Assembly: GCA_963833425.1 (NCBI GenBank)
Contig: CAWHXP010000014.1
Location: 32,001-96,000, forward strand
Reading direction: 5' to 3'
Source of the DNA: an uncultured Methanosarcinaceae archaeon
Lineage (GTDB): Archaea; Halobacteriota; Methanosarcinia; Methanosarcinales; Methanosarcinaceae
DNA: 64,000 bases
Both the position numbers and the translations under genes were made by a program. The first letter of the stretch is position 1; every line of letters starts with the position of its first letter. A model generated the notes under the pieces. The model was given only the letters and a program-made list of their open reading frames with translations, was not told the DNA's origin and searched no databases. Shown piece after piece: positions 46,414 through 57,732 of the stretch.

Positions 46414-47418
46414 GGCTCTGTAGAAATGCTCTAAATTGAACTTTTACACTATAGTATTATAACTATTCCGTTCTAATATTTTCTTATTTTTTCGCTAAAA
46501 ACGAAGGAATATTCGATATTGAAATTTAGTAAGTACATTCAATTTGTTGATACCAGCCTTGAAACTGTTCAATCTTCGAGACTGAAACTTTCTTCCAGAA
46601 AGTATTCAAAACACTTTTAGACCCAGCATCAGCTTCTTGTACTAGGTTTTATTGAAAAGTATATTAGTACAGGCTATCGAGATTTTGTAGAACTCATTGA
46701 CCTTATGAGCGATATAAAAGAAAAACTTGGTCTTGATAAGATTCCATATTTCACTACCTTCAAAAGTTTGTAACCAGGATTCCCTATTCTCTGTTTAACT
46801 TTCTTCGGTCAAGGATTCTAAAGCTGTTTTACTCATATGTAGAAAATTTCTATGTTGCAGCGATTGATGCAACAGGATTTACGAGTTCGTATGTAAGTTA
46901 TTATTATTCCAGAAGAACAGAGAAGCTTCGAAGAAGCTTCCTGAGAATTTCAATATCAGTAGATACAAGTAAAAAGGTAATATTGGATGGAAAATTAATC
47001 AAAAAACAGAAACAGACCATGAAATCAAACATGTAAGTGCTCTGATAAGGCAATTAAACAAGATGAGAAAGTCTGATTGTTATGTAATGGATAAAGGATA
47101 CGATTCTGAAAAAATACATTCTATAATTAGAAAATAAATCAAAGCAGATTCAATTATACCTGTAAGAGAGAGAAAAAGGAAGAAAATAAGTGGAAAATAC
47201 AGAAAACAATAGAACCTGATCTGTGACAAAATTAAATATAATCAAAGAAATATTGTGGAGACGATATTTTCTGTAGTTAAAAGAAAATTAGGAGAAACAC
47301 TTAGGGAAAGGAAATTCCGTTATCAAATAAAAGAGATTAAAATTAAATTAATAATACACAACATAAACAAAAAAATTATAGAAATAATTTGCATCAAATA
47401 GAGGATTTCTACAGAGCC
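46414..47418 (+). mobile_element. IS5-family ISH1-like element, defective, copy 1
   Basis: TIRs ggctctgtagaaat / atttctacagagcc; 8-bp flanks taattttg/caattttg; DDE pieces AIDATGF, MDKGYDSE, RNIVETIFSVVKR. Confidence 0.88.
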
Positions 47419-47701
47419 CAATTTTGGAATTTTTTATTATTCCAGTTTTTTTAATCGATTGCAACCAATAAATGATTTAATTAATATTAAATTTTGGTGA
47501 TTCCGCAAAAAATTAAATCTCCTATAACCTCCGAGATCTTCTAAGAGAAATTTGAAAAGAAAACTGGCAAAATATTGATTAAGATTGTTGTTATTTTTTG
47601 TTCAACAATTTTACAGAGAGTTGAATTATTTTTTCCCTAAAGTATTCTACCTAATGTAATATTTCTCAATCTCCCACCTTAAGCTTGTTCCGTAGACAAC
47701 C

Positions 47702-48682
47702 TTATACAAGCATAGCACCTGCGATCATTCTCAGTCCAACAATTGAAGCCGCTTCTCCATACACAAGAAAATTTCTTTCTAGTCGCCGGGAAGGAAGTTC
47801 CTCTCCAAATGTTGTATGTTTTTGGATACAGATTAGCCCACATATCAAACTGTAGAGAATAATAAGAGGCTCAAAGGCAATAACTCTGTGGATCAGAGCG
47901 ATACTAAGTATCACATGTGAGAGCAGGTACATTCCATTAAGAAGTTTACGGGTGTTCTGTTCTCCAATACTCACCGGAAGAGTTTTGATACCTGCAAAAG
48001 TGTCTCCTTTTATGTCCTTGAAATCAAAGATTGTAGAATTGACAAAGAGTTTGACCGCAAAGAAAGTTAAAACTAGTACAATAGGAAAAACGCTCTCACA
48101 ATTTCTGCCTGCAAGTCCTGCAATGAAAGCACCCCATGTAAAACCTACAACAAGGTTTTTAACTCCAAATCCGCTTTTGAGTTTAAAAGTAAATTTTCCG
48201 ATTTTAACGCCTTTACTATACAGATAACAGGTTATGAAAGGTATGAATGCGAATATAAGCATTCCCTCTTTCGCCAGTATATAGCTGCCTATTAAAAAAG
48301 TAATCATACAAGCAGCGAGCCCTATTTCCTTTCTTGAACCCTTTAGTTCCTTACGATTTATAGCATCCTCTTCAGATACAACCGTTCTATCAAGTGTATA
48401 GACTGTGTAAACCACAAGCCCTCCTGCAAGACAGGTTAGCAAACTTGACTGAATTTTAAGAAGGAGAAAAGCGAGATGTATCCTGAGTGACCCTGTAAAT
48501 GCAACTAATACTGAACTTTTCAATAGTTCAAAAGTAGCGTTTTTTTCCCTATATTCAAGGGATTTAATGTTTAGATGCCTGAATAAATAATTAAAACTTT
48601 CAATAAATGTATTTGAGCTCATAAAAATAATAGTAGAAAACTTTCTGATATTATTAATTCTGTATAATGTTCTAAGACCCAT
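47702..48682 (-). CDS. UbiA-family prenyltransferase
   Basis: YTLDRTVVSEEDAINR and FDFKDIKGD..GIKTLPV aspartate-rich motifs, several TM helices. True start may be downstream. Confidence 0.85.
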   Translation of the reverse strand: MGLRTLYRINNIRKFSTIIFMSSNTFIESFNYLFRHLNIKSLEYREKNATFELLKSSVLVAFTGSLRIHLAFLLLKIQSSLLTCLAGGLVVYTVYTLDRTVVSEEDAINRKELKGSRKEIGLAACMITFLIGSYILAKEGMLIFAFIPFITCYLYSKGVKIGKFTFKLKSGFGVKNLVVGFTWGAFIAGLAGRNCESVFPIVLVLTFFAVKLFVNSTIFDFKDIKGDTFAGIKTLPVSIGEQNTRKLLNGMYLLSHVILSIALIHRVIAFEPLIILYSLICGLICIQKHTTFGEELPSRRLERNFLVYGEAASIVGLRMIAGAMLV

Positions 48683-49367
48683 CTTTTTTATAGATAATTA
48701 GTAAAATATTATATGAGTAAACTAAATGATAAAGAGATAATTTCCAGTATATTCATGCAATAATTGTGCTTAGTAGTGAAGTAAATTTATTAAAGCTCAA
48801 ACAGATGAAGATAGAAAATTTCACAAAAAGTAATTTAAGCTTTTTTATTCAAAAACCAGACTATTTCTAGGATGCGATTTTATTTTTATATTTCACAACA
48901 AAAAATTTTATTTACATTAATTAAATTTCAAAATTTCCACATATGAAATAATATAGTTACAACATTTTTTTAATTGTGAAAATTCCAAAATAATAGAAAT
49001 ATTTACTACAGTTTGAAAAGCGTTTACAGCAACAATATTTGTATGAGGTTCATAAGAACTAGAAGCTGAAGAGTTAACTCATTTTTGGAGGAAGAAATTT
49101 TTTTCTGCCTGTGATCTTTATATCTCCTCAGAAGCTGTTATTCTCATTTCTTATAGAGAGCAAAATTCTGTTAAGAAGTAAACTTTAGAAGCTGTATGGG
49201 ATACATGGAACACTGATGAATATCAGTTGATAGTCTGTTCTCAGGAGAAAAAGCACAAACGCAAAAAAAGCTCATGAAATCAGGGTTTTTAAGTTTTTCT
49301 GACCTTCGCAGTTTTGAAAGGACAATGTAGTTTCATCCAAATCCATTAAATTGCTGTAAAGATTTTA

Positions 49368-50487
49368 GATAATTTAGATAACCTACATGCTCTTGAGCAT
49401 GGTTGACTTTAAATTTGTCAATATTTATGTATATTCATGAAAACTTTTACTGATTTTGCTCTTAAAGAAGAGTATAAACGTCTTGAATCTGTTGGAGATA
49501 AGCTTGCTGAAATTGCTTCCTTAATTGATTGGAAAACGTTTCGTATTATTCTTGAGTCTATATGTATTAACAAAACCGTTTCAGGAGGGAGACCTGAAAC
49601 TGATGTCATTGTGATGTTCAAAATGCTTGTTTTACAACAATGGTATGGGCTCTCTGATTTTGAACTTGAGAAACAGTGTATAGATCGAATTTCTTTTAGG
49701 AAATTCCTTGGATTTCCTGAATACATACCTGACAGTACTACTGTATGGCTATTTAGGGAGAGAATTATCGAGAATTTCAAAGAAAATATGGGGAAAGTTG
49801 CAAAGCCAACTTGATGCTCTGGGTTTACAGATAAAGCAGGGAATAATTCAGGATGTTACTTTTATCCATTCAGATCCAGGACATGCAAAAGCAGAGAGAT
49901 GAGACAAAAAAAGAAGAAGCAGAGACTGAACATGGACAAAGAAGGAGGTAAGTCTCACTTTGGATATAAGCGTCATAATATAATAGAAGAGATTATGAGC
50001 TGATCAGAAGATTCAAACAACAACTGCGTCAGTACATGATTCGTATGTAGATTTGACAGAGGAAAATGAAGTGGTTTATAGGGACAGAGGATACTTTGGA
50101 GCAAAATCACAACGTTAATGAAAAGAGCAGTCAAAGGACATACGCTGGGAATAAAGGATATATTCAGAAATAAGATCATTAGCTCAAAAAGATTCCAAGG
50201 GGAAAGAGTTTATTCAGTAACGAAAGAAATTTTCAAAGCAGGAAGAGTTTTTGTTACTACTGTTAAAAGAGTAAATCTAAAAATGTTGTGTACGGCTTTT
50301 TGTTATAATCTCCATCAATTGAGGAAATTGAAAATAAAAAAAGTATATTGAAGATAGCGGTAGCTATCCTTAAAATCAAAGAATTGAGAATAAGTAAAGC
50401 CAAAAAGAGGAATTAAATAGAGAAATTGAGGGGAAGATATGAGAAATCACTGCTAAGAAATAAAATCCGAAGTTTATCGAAATCCTC
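49368..50487 (+). mobile_element. IS5-family (IS5 subgroup) element, defective, copy 2
   Basis: Near-identical to 31048-32177; ttta target duplication; left TIR mutated. Confidence 0.92.
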
Positions 50488-50763
50488 TTTAGATAATACA
50501 AGATTTTTATACGTTTTTAGTTTGGAAAATCCTGAATCTTACTTCCTCTAATTCGGGAATGAGGTAAATTCTCATCTCTTTTCATTTTAGTTCAACCACA
50601 TTAATCATTTTTTGTAATTGAGTTTATTATTGGCCCAATGGTCAAAGATAGCGCCCCAAAATCTGATACGGATTTAATATGCATTGGAATTAAACAGCTT
50701 TAGTTATAGGTATGGCCAGATTATTATTACATAGAGTTGGTGACTACGTATTGGTACTATATA

Positions 50764-50850
50764 GATGATTTCGACAAACCTCTGTATTTTCACCAGTCAT
50801 TATGTACAACTAGGAATATATAAAAATTTTAGAGATTTGCCTAAAACTCA
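50764..50850. mobile_element. Degenerate ~87-bp MITE
   Basis: gatgatttcgacaaacctctg...agagatttgcctaaaactca. Confidence 0.55.
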
Positions 50851-51335
50851 TAAAATTTATAGTGACTTAAGCATAATAATTACGTTCGAAACATAATTAT
50901 TTTTAAACAATTAAATTAATTAACAACCATTTAGCTTGGCCAAAAAAATATCAATAACCATATTTACTGAGATTCCTGAGCAAATTAAGATAGGCTGATT
51001 TGATTTAACTGGCGGTGATATATCATGTTTTTAATATTTGTATCACTTAGTAAGCAGAAATATTTGTTCTATTTAAATCAGCCTCTAACAAATTATTTTA
51101 AATATATTGAGCATTATATTAATTCGTTACTTAACAATATTTACGCTTAAGTAACTAGAAATTATATAACCATATAAATAAAAAATATGGAGAAACTCCT
51201 CCCTGATTTCTTTCTTTTATTTTTGTGCTTTCCGTGGTTTCAACTTCGAATTTAGGTTTAGTATAGAGACGTAATAATTGACTATATTTCATTTTTCGAA
51301 GCTTTGAAGTGTTAATTTATACTGTGAAGATTATA

Positions 51336-51423
51336 GAGGATTTCGATGGATCTCTAGATTTTGCCATATGCTTAGAATATTATATAAGAGGTTAAAAAAA
51401 ATCAGAGGTTTTCCGAAACCTGC
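51336..51423. mobile_element. ~88-bp MITE
   Basis: gaggatttcgat...atcagaggttttccgaaacctgc, flanks tata/taca. Confidence 0.75.
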
Positions 51424-51631
51424 TACATCCGAAAATACCATACATCAAAGTGATTTTTCAATATCATACTCGAAACATTTAGATAGTTAAATACTTATTA
51501 CAGTAGTATACAGTGAAAAAGTTGAAAATCGTAGAAATTTCAATTCTAGCATTTTCAAGTACATTATACATATTTGCTAGCCATATAAATGAGATAAAAA
51601 ATGATTTGGGGATACGATAGGAGATAATTGT

Positions 51632-51772
51632 ATGCTTTTCTTAAAAAAATGTCCCGAGTGCCACTCCGAGCTTGAAAACAATCTCTTCAAGGAATTTCAG
51701 TACTGCCCTATATGCGGGTACTGGACGAGAAAAGAAACTGCAAGACTTGAGCCACTAATTATTTTGGAGTGA
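51632..51772 (+). CDS. 46-aa zinc-finger small protein (CPEC...CPICG)
   Basis: MLFLKKCPECHSELENNLFKEFQYCPICGYWTRKETARLEPLIILE*, with AGGAG 8 nt upstream; below the ORF-track size cutoff. Confidence 0.75.
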   Translation: MLFLKKCPECHSELENNLFKEFQYCPICGYWTRKETARLEPLIILE

Positions 51773-52411
51773 AAATTTGATAAATTTTTCGTTTCATGAG
51801 TCATTATACATCATTTATAGGAATATAACAAAATTTTGGGATTTATTTAAATCTTTTAAAATATACATGTTTGAATCCTCTATTGAATGCATCAGATACC
51901 GTATATTATCCTAAGAAATGATCATCTTAAGAGAATTAATATAACTCAAGATCTAAGTATGTAGAAAATTGATTCTATGAAGACACAAATCGTGCACTTA
52001 ATGATATTTCGTTTCCGAAAAAAAAACAATACGTTAAATTTGATTTTAAACCAATTAAACTTAAATGTAGAAAACTTTTATACTCACAAAAATTAGTATT
52101 ATCCTGAATAATTTCGCTTTGAAATTCTTTTTAATTTTCCAATTCTCACAATCTAAATAACCGAAATCTTATTCTAAATTGCTCTTACACTGACAATATT
52201 TTCCAGAAAGCATTTTCTGTTGATCCCGTTTCTCCAGGTTTAAAAGCCTTATAATAAGTATTTATAGAAAAAAAATGAATAAGCTTTAGGAAGTAAATGA
52301 AGGAAAAAAAGAACACTAAAAGATGAATAAGAAGTGAAAAAGCCCTAATATAAGCAAAGGTATTTATAGAATCCGATTACAAAATCAGGGTTAGAAGAAA
52401 TTCATATTAAT

Positions 52412-52499
52412 GAGGATTTCGATAAAAATCATGTTTTTACTAGTCAAGTATCTACTATTTATGTGCATAAAATGAAATTTAGGGTTTATCGAAATTCTA
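52412..52499. mobile_element. ~88-bp MITE directly upstream of the histone gene
   Basis: gaggatttcgataaa...tttatcgaaattcta flanked by taat/taat. Confidence 0.85.
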
Positions 52500-52527
52500 T
52501 AATATAAAATGTATATTGGAGGATAAT

Positions 52528-52737
52528 ATGGCAAAAGTGATACCATTCGCACCAATAGAACGCTTAATAAGAACTGCAGGTGCTCCTAGGGTAAGTGAAG
52601 GTGCAGGAATTGCTCTTACTGAAATTCTGGAGGATTATGGGCTTGGAATTTCAAAAGAAGCAATAAAACTTGCAGAACATGCAGGCAGAAAAACCATAAA
52701 AGCTGAAGATATCAAATTAGCAAAAGAAATGTTGTGA
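52528..52737 (+). CDS. Archaeal histone (HMf-type)
   Basis: IPFAPIERLIRTAGAPRVS..LAEHAGRKTIKAEDI; GGAGG before ATG 52528. Confidence 0.95.
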   Translation: MAKVIPFAPIERLIRTAGAPRVSEGAGIALTEILEDYGLGISKEAIKLAEHAGRKTIKAEDIKLAKEML

Positions 52738-53010
52738 TTGAAATTAGATCCTTTTAGCGGGTTTAAGATAGCTATCTACTTGAAGGAACAAGATAGAAAT
52801 AGAATGCTGAAAAACGGCATTTTACTATTTTTGTCAAATATTTACTTATTTAGTTACGGATTCCATATCCAAATTGCAAGATCAACAGTATAAGAGGATC
52901 AAAATATTTACTTTTCATTGACTTTGCATTTACGAGCAAATGGAATAACAAAGTCTGCACTAAACAAATTTATTGAATTGAATTTTTTTATTTTCCTTGC
53001 CCATTAAAAG

Positions 53011-53225
53011 TTGCCTCAGAAATGAACATGAAATTGCCAGAATAAAGTACATAAATAAAAATGCCATTTATACTATTCTTTTTCGAAAGTGACGGCATCG
53101 CTATTTTGGCCAACAAGTTTGCTCTGATTATGATTTTCAAACCCATTTGAAAACTAATAAGTTAATTGACACCTAAGACCCAAATTCGACTTTTACCACG
53201 GACATTAAATTTGCCTTTGAGGCAA
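53011..53225. mobile_element. Possible ~215-bp non-autonomous element of a second family
   Basis: Ends ttgcctcaga / tttgaggcaa; right end resembles ~33140-33200 (cacgg...gcctttgaggcaa). Confidence 0.4.
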
Positions 53226-53324
53226 ATTTACTACCTAATGAATTGGTGGTTTAAATTAGCAGAAACAGTAAATAAGTTTTGTAGTTAGACATCCTCAAAC
53301 ATTTTTGAGTACTGTTTATCCTGA

Positions 53325-53412
53325 AAGGATTCCGATAAACTTCAAGATTCGTCATGTGGATAATAAGAATATATGAATTGCCAGTGAGAGTCAGAGATTT
53401 ATCGAAACCCTC
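53325..53412. mobile_element. ~88-bp MITE
   Basis: aaggattccgataaac...gatttatcgaaaccctc. Confidence 0.75.
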
Positions 53413-53511
53413 TAAAGAGTACTTTTTTGTTGAACTAGACAACAAATGCTTCTTGTGAATTAAATTATGACATGATGTTGTGTAAAACACTATTTATAAA
53501 GAAGAAATGTT

Positions 53512-54515
53512 GGCTCTGTAGAAATGCTCTAAATTGAACTTTTACTATAGTATTATAACTATTCCGTTCTAATATTTTCTTATTTTTTCGCTAAAAACGA
53601 AGGAACATTCGATATTGAAATTTAGTAAGTACATTCAATTTGTTGATACCAGCCTTGAAACTGTTCAATCTTCGAGACTGAAACTTTCTTCCAGAAAGTA
53701 TTCAAAACACTTTTAGACCCAGCATCAGCTTCTTGTACTAGGTTTTATTGAAAAGTATATTAGTACAGGCTATCGAGATTTTGTAGAACTCATTGACCTT
53801 ATGAGCGATATAAAAGAAAAACTTGGTCTTGATAAGATTCCATATTTCACTACCTTCAAAAGTTTGTAACCAGGATTCCCTATTCTCTGTTTAACTTTCT
53901 TCGGTCAAGGATTCTAAAGCTGTTTTACTCATATGTAGAAAATTTTTATGTTGCAGCGATTGATGCAACAGGATTTACGAGTTCGTATGTAAGTTATTAT
54001 TATTCCAGAAGAACAGAGAAGCTTCGAAGAAGCTTCCTGAGAATTTCAATATCAGTAGATACAAGTAAAAAGGTAATATTGGATGGAAAATTAATCAAAA
54101 AACAGAAACAGACCATGAAATCAAACATGTAAGTGCTCTGATAAGGCAATTAAACAAGATGAGAAAGTCTGATTGTTATGTAATGGATAAAGGATACGAT
54201 TCTGAAAAAATACATTCTATAATTAGAAAATAAATCAAAGCAGATTCAATTATACCTGTAAGAGAGAGAAAAAGGAAGAAAATAAGTGGAAAATACAGAA
54301 AACAATAGAACCTGATCTGTGACAAAATTAAATATAATCAAAGAAATATTGTGGAGACGATATTTTCTGTAGTTAAAAGAAAATTAGGAGAAACACTTAG
54401 GGAAAGGAAATTCCGTTATCAAATAAAAGAGATTAAAATTAAATTAATAATACACAACATAAACAAAAAAAATTATAGAAATAATTTGCATCAAATAGAG
54501 GATTTCTACAGAACC
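53512..54515 (+). mobile_element. IS5-family ISH1-like element, defective, copy 2
   Basis: Nearly identical to 46414-47418; perfect 8-bp target duplication gaaatgtt at 53504-53511 and 54516-54523. Confidence 0.92.
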
Positions 54516-54944
54516 GAAATGTTATCATTTACATATATTAGAAGTTTCTTATCACAAAACGCCTTGTGGACAAGCTATTAGATTTATGATAATTTACTAC
54601 AAAAGATTTACTAATGTTCATTTCCACCATAGATAGCTACTTGATTTTTCAAAGTCAGAGCAAATAAGAAATACAGCGCTATACCTCATCGGTAATAATT
54701 CACTAATTAATTTAATTTTTGAAATCTAATTATTATTCAAAGTAAATATTTACCATCAAGCCACTCATATTCTACAATCACGAGAGTAAGGAGGACAGGG
54801 ATAATAGCATCTTAAATTTTATAACCATGAAAAACACGAAAAAAAAATTTAATTTCGAAAATTAATTCTTTCATTAGTCCTCCAGAGCATAGCGAGAATA
54901 ACATACTCGCGAAGCGTAATTATGGAACCTTGTCAGAACAGAAT

Positions 54945-55343
54945 TTAAAACTCTAATTCTGTTACTTTTTCTCCTTTTGCACTAGTAATAATTAAATATA
55001 TATTTTCAAACCTCGGAATTTCATTGACGCAAATTTCGTCTGAGACAAGCATATTTGACCAAGGACTTTTAGGCATATATGCAATTCCTCTATGATGAGG
55101 TTCGTACCCTGATTCTTCAGCCCTGACTACAACTCTCCCAAAAGAATTTTTCAGGATGACAGTATCGCCTTGTTTTACACTTAATTGCTTGAGATCTGCA
55201 GAATCAAGTTTTATTACAGCAGACATATTTTTATACTCTTCTCCGAAAAGGTTTTCTATCATTGCTTTATCCTGAAAAATATCCCTGTAGGTTACAACTT
55301 TGACCTTTATTTCAGGAGCTGCAAGAAAAGATCCAAAATCCAT
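54945..55343 (-). CDS. fwdD: Formylmethanofuran dehydrogenase subunit D (molybdopterin dinucleotide-binding)
   Basis: GRVVVRA, GIAYMPKSPWSN; follows subunit B. Confidence 0.8.
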   Translation of the reverse strand: MDFGSFLAAPEIKVKVVTYRDIFQDKAMIENLFGEEYKNMSAVIKLDSADLKQLSVKQGDTVILKNSFGRVVVRAEESGYEPHHRGIAYMPKSPWSNMLVSDEICVNEIPRFENIYLIITSAKGEKVTELEF

Positions 55344-56593
55344 CAGAGAGCCTCCATTATTTTCTTAAGAATATATTCTTCAGAGGGGTTTTCTGTTTCA
55401 ACAATGGGTTTGAAGCTTACTAGAGTACCATCCATGCGAATTGCACTGCCTCCAGATTCCACCCCACTAGCTGCAGTGCTGATATGAACCTTTGCTTTCC
55501 TTGTTGTTAGTGTCTCAGAAGGACCCATTGAGATAATAGGAATTCCAAGAAGATATTTTGCAATAGATCTTGGAAGACTTGAAAACGGGTCAGAACCGAT
55601 AATTAGGGCTGAATCTATCGTTTTTGCTTTCAGGGATTCAACGAATGAATATTCTGGCCCGTGCTTCACAATCCCATTTTCGAACTTTATGCTATTAACA
55701 TACCCTGTTTCTGCAAAGAGATTTTCGTTAAAGCCCCGCATATTACAATGACCTACCATAGGAACCAAATGGAAATTTGATTTTTCGTTCAGAACTTTCA
55801 TAAGTCTAAAAAGAGGTTTAAGATTTTCAAGAGAGTGTATAAGACCAAGTCCTACAAAAATGATCCCAAATTTTGCCCCTTTAATGATATTTGCCAGTTC
55901 AAGAATTTTCTTGGGAGGGTAATTGTAGGATGTCTTAGGAAGTTTTCCGGAAAGACCTGAAATCAAGGCATCTATAAGCTCCACGTCTCCACCTTGCGGA
56001 ATCTGAATGAAATAGTTCCCGCAGATCTTTGCAGTATGGGACTTCCTGATATCTATTGCGATTGCCGTTCTATCCTCTTCCCAGCCCCTTTGCTTTTCGT
56101 TTCCTCTGGGAAAGTAGGAATGCTTTGAAAGATGACGGGGATGGGAGTCAGCAGGATTTGACCCCCAAAAAATGATAACATCTCCCTTATTCCTGGCATC
56201 TTCAAGGGTGCAAGTTTTTATCTTATTAGTAACAAGAGCCTCGATCACACTACCAAAACAAAATGAAGAGTTGTCATCGATTGTCGCATTGATTTTTTTT
56301 CCAAGCTCGATTGCTTGTTTCTGGGCTTCATTAGTGGAAGTTTCAAGCCCAAATATCATAGGGTTTTTTGCATTTTTCAGTATCTTCACAGTCTCACTTA
56401 ATGCTCTCTCCTCACCCACTGGTTTGTTGTCCACGAAGAAAGTCACTTTTTCCATGCTTGCTTTCATGTGGGCTACTCCCACTCTGCAGGCGGTATAAAT
56501 TTTATTTATGATATCCTTTTCAGACTCGACCTCGATATCATCACACAGGAGACTGCAACCTGTGCATACATGATAGTTTTTCTCCATATCCAC
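55343..56593 (-). CDS. fwdB: Formylmethanofuran dehydrogenase subunit B
   Basis: CTGCSLLCDDI, TCTLE, WGSNPADSHPRH, GVESGGSAIRMDG. The Mo versus W isoform cannot be read from sequence. Confidence 0.9.
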   Translation of the reverse strand: MDMEKNYHVCTGCSLLCDDIEVESEKDIINKIYTACRVGVAHMKASMEKVTFFVDNKPVGEERALSETVKILKNAKNPMIFGLETSTNEAQKQAIELGKKINATIDDNSSFCFGSVIEALVTNKIKTCTLEDARNKGDVIIFWGSNPADSHPRHLSKHSYFPRGNEKQRGWEEDRTAIAIDIRKSHTAKICGNYFIQIPQGGDVELIDALISGLSGKLPKTSYNYPPKKILELANIIKGAKFGIIFVGLGLIHSLENLKPLFRLMKVLNEKSNFHLVPMVGHCNMRGFNENLFAETGYVNSIKFENGIVKHGPEYSFVESLKAKTIDSALIIGSDPFSSLPRSIAKYLLGIPIISMGPSETLTTRKAKVHISTAASGVESGGSAIRMDGTLVSFKPIVETENPSEEYILKKIMEAL

Positions 56594-56598
56594 TTACC

Positions 56599-57063
56599 TC
56601 ACACGAACTCTATCGCCTCTACAGGGCAGGTTACTATACAGCCATTACAGAGAATTTTGTTCTTTCCGAAACGGCGGCATTCATCTACATTTTGGGCTTT
56701 AACGATGCCTTCTTCGATGGCCAGAATCAATTTACTCGTGTTTTTGGGAGCATTTCCCGAGCCTACCCCATAAGGATCGTTTGCAACATTTACTGGACAT
56801 GCAACCACGCAATTTCCACATCCAAAACACAAGTCTTCGTGCACTATTAGTCCTGTTTCGGTTGCGCCTTCAGAAGGTTTGAAGAGACCACTTATCTTTT
56901 CATAGCTGTCTTTGTATTTCAGCTCTTCTTTCAAAGGCGTACAGGCCTCGGGCGTGAGCTCGCGGGTCATGAGAGCCACTGCAAAAGCCATACATGATGT
57001 TTTCCCACATATTTTGCAGTTAGTTTTTGGCAGCATCTGATAAATTTCCATTGCATTTGTCAT
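56599..57063 (-). CDS. fwdG: Formylmethanofuran dehydrogenase subunit G-like ferredoxin with an N-terminal Fe-S domain
   Basis: LPKTNCKICG..CMAFA, CFGCGNCVVACP, CNGCIVTCP. Confidence 0.82.
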   Translation of the reverse strand: MTNAMEIYQMLPKTNCKICGKTSCMAFAVALMTRELTPEACTPLKEELKYKDSYEKISGLFKPSEGATETGLIVHEDLCFGCGNCVVACPVNVANDPYGVGSGNAPKNTSKLILAIEEGIVKAQNVDECRRFGKNKILCNGCIVTCPVEAIEFV

Positions 57064-57129
57064 TCTAGATCACCCCTGAGTCAAATTTCATGTTCGCTTC
57101 AGACTTCATTGAAGAGTCGATACTTGTTA

Positions 57130-57216
57130 GAACTTTTCGATAAGCTTCTGATTTTCACGAGTTAACGTGGAGATTTTAAAAATATGTGATGAAGTTTAGA
57201 GTTTATCGAAATGCTC
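57130..57216. mobile_element. 87-bp MITE, left member of an inverted pair
   Basis: gaacttttcgataagc...gtttatcgaaatgctc. Confidence 0.85.
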
Positions 57217-57289
57217 TATATTTAATAGTGTGGACAAAAAGTGAAATCGAGACTATCATGAAGAATCCGATTAAATAGCCTTTAACAAA

Positions 57290-57376
57290 GAAAATTTCGA
57301 TAAACTCTAAACTTCATCACATATTTTTAAAATCTCCACGTTAACTCGTGAAAATCAGAAGCTTATCGAAATCTTC
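57290..57376. mobile_element. 87-bp MITE, right member of an inverted pair
   Basis: Exact reverse complement of 57135-57212 over 78 bp. Confidence 0.88.
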
Positions 57377-57732
57377 TAAAAGAATATTTCTTAAATCCCT
57401 TAAATTCTCGCTTTTTAACTTTCAATGTGATTTTTCAGTTTGTGGAGTAAATATTCTGCATATGCTATTTGAATTAATTCAAATCGTCAATTCAAATATG
57501 AAATGCAAACTTTTAATTTCCATTCTGTTGAGATAATGATAACAATTTATTGAGTTCCACTCTCAAATTCAGATACTTTTTAATGATACTTGAATCACAA
57601 AAATTCATCCTTATTTACAGAACTCTGCGATTTTAATGACTCAAAAATTCAGAAAATAATAAAAAGTCCCCAATTCCAAGTAAATAAATTCCAAGGTATC
57701 TCAAAGGCAAACTAAAAATAAGTTACCTCAAT

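Noticed and set aside
46519..47400. Pyrrolysine readthrough of in-frame TAG codons rescuing the transposase
   Set aside because: The same frame also has a TAA stop and frameshifts, so amber readthrough cannot restore it
46414..54515. Composite transposon carrying ubiA and histone between two ISH1-like copies
   Set aside because: Each copy has its own target duplication and the outer flanks do not match, which indicates independent insertions
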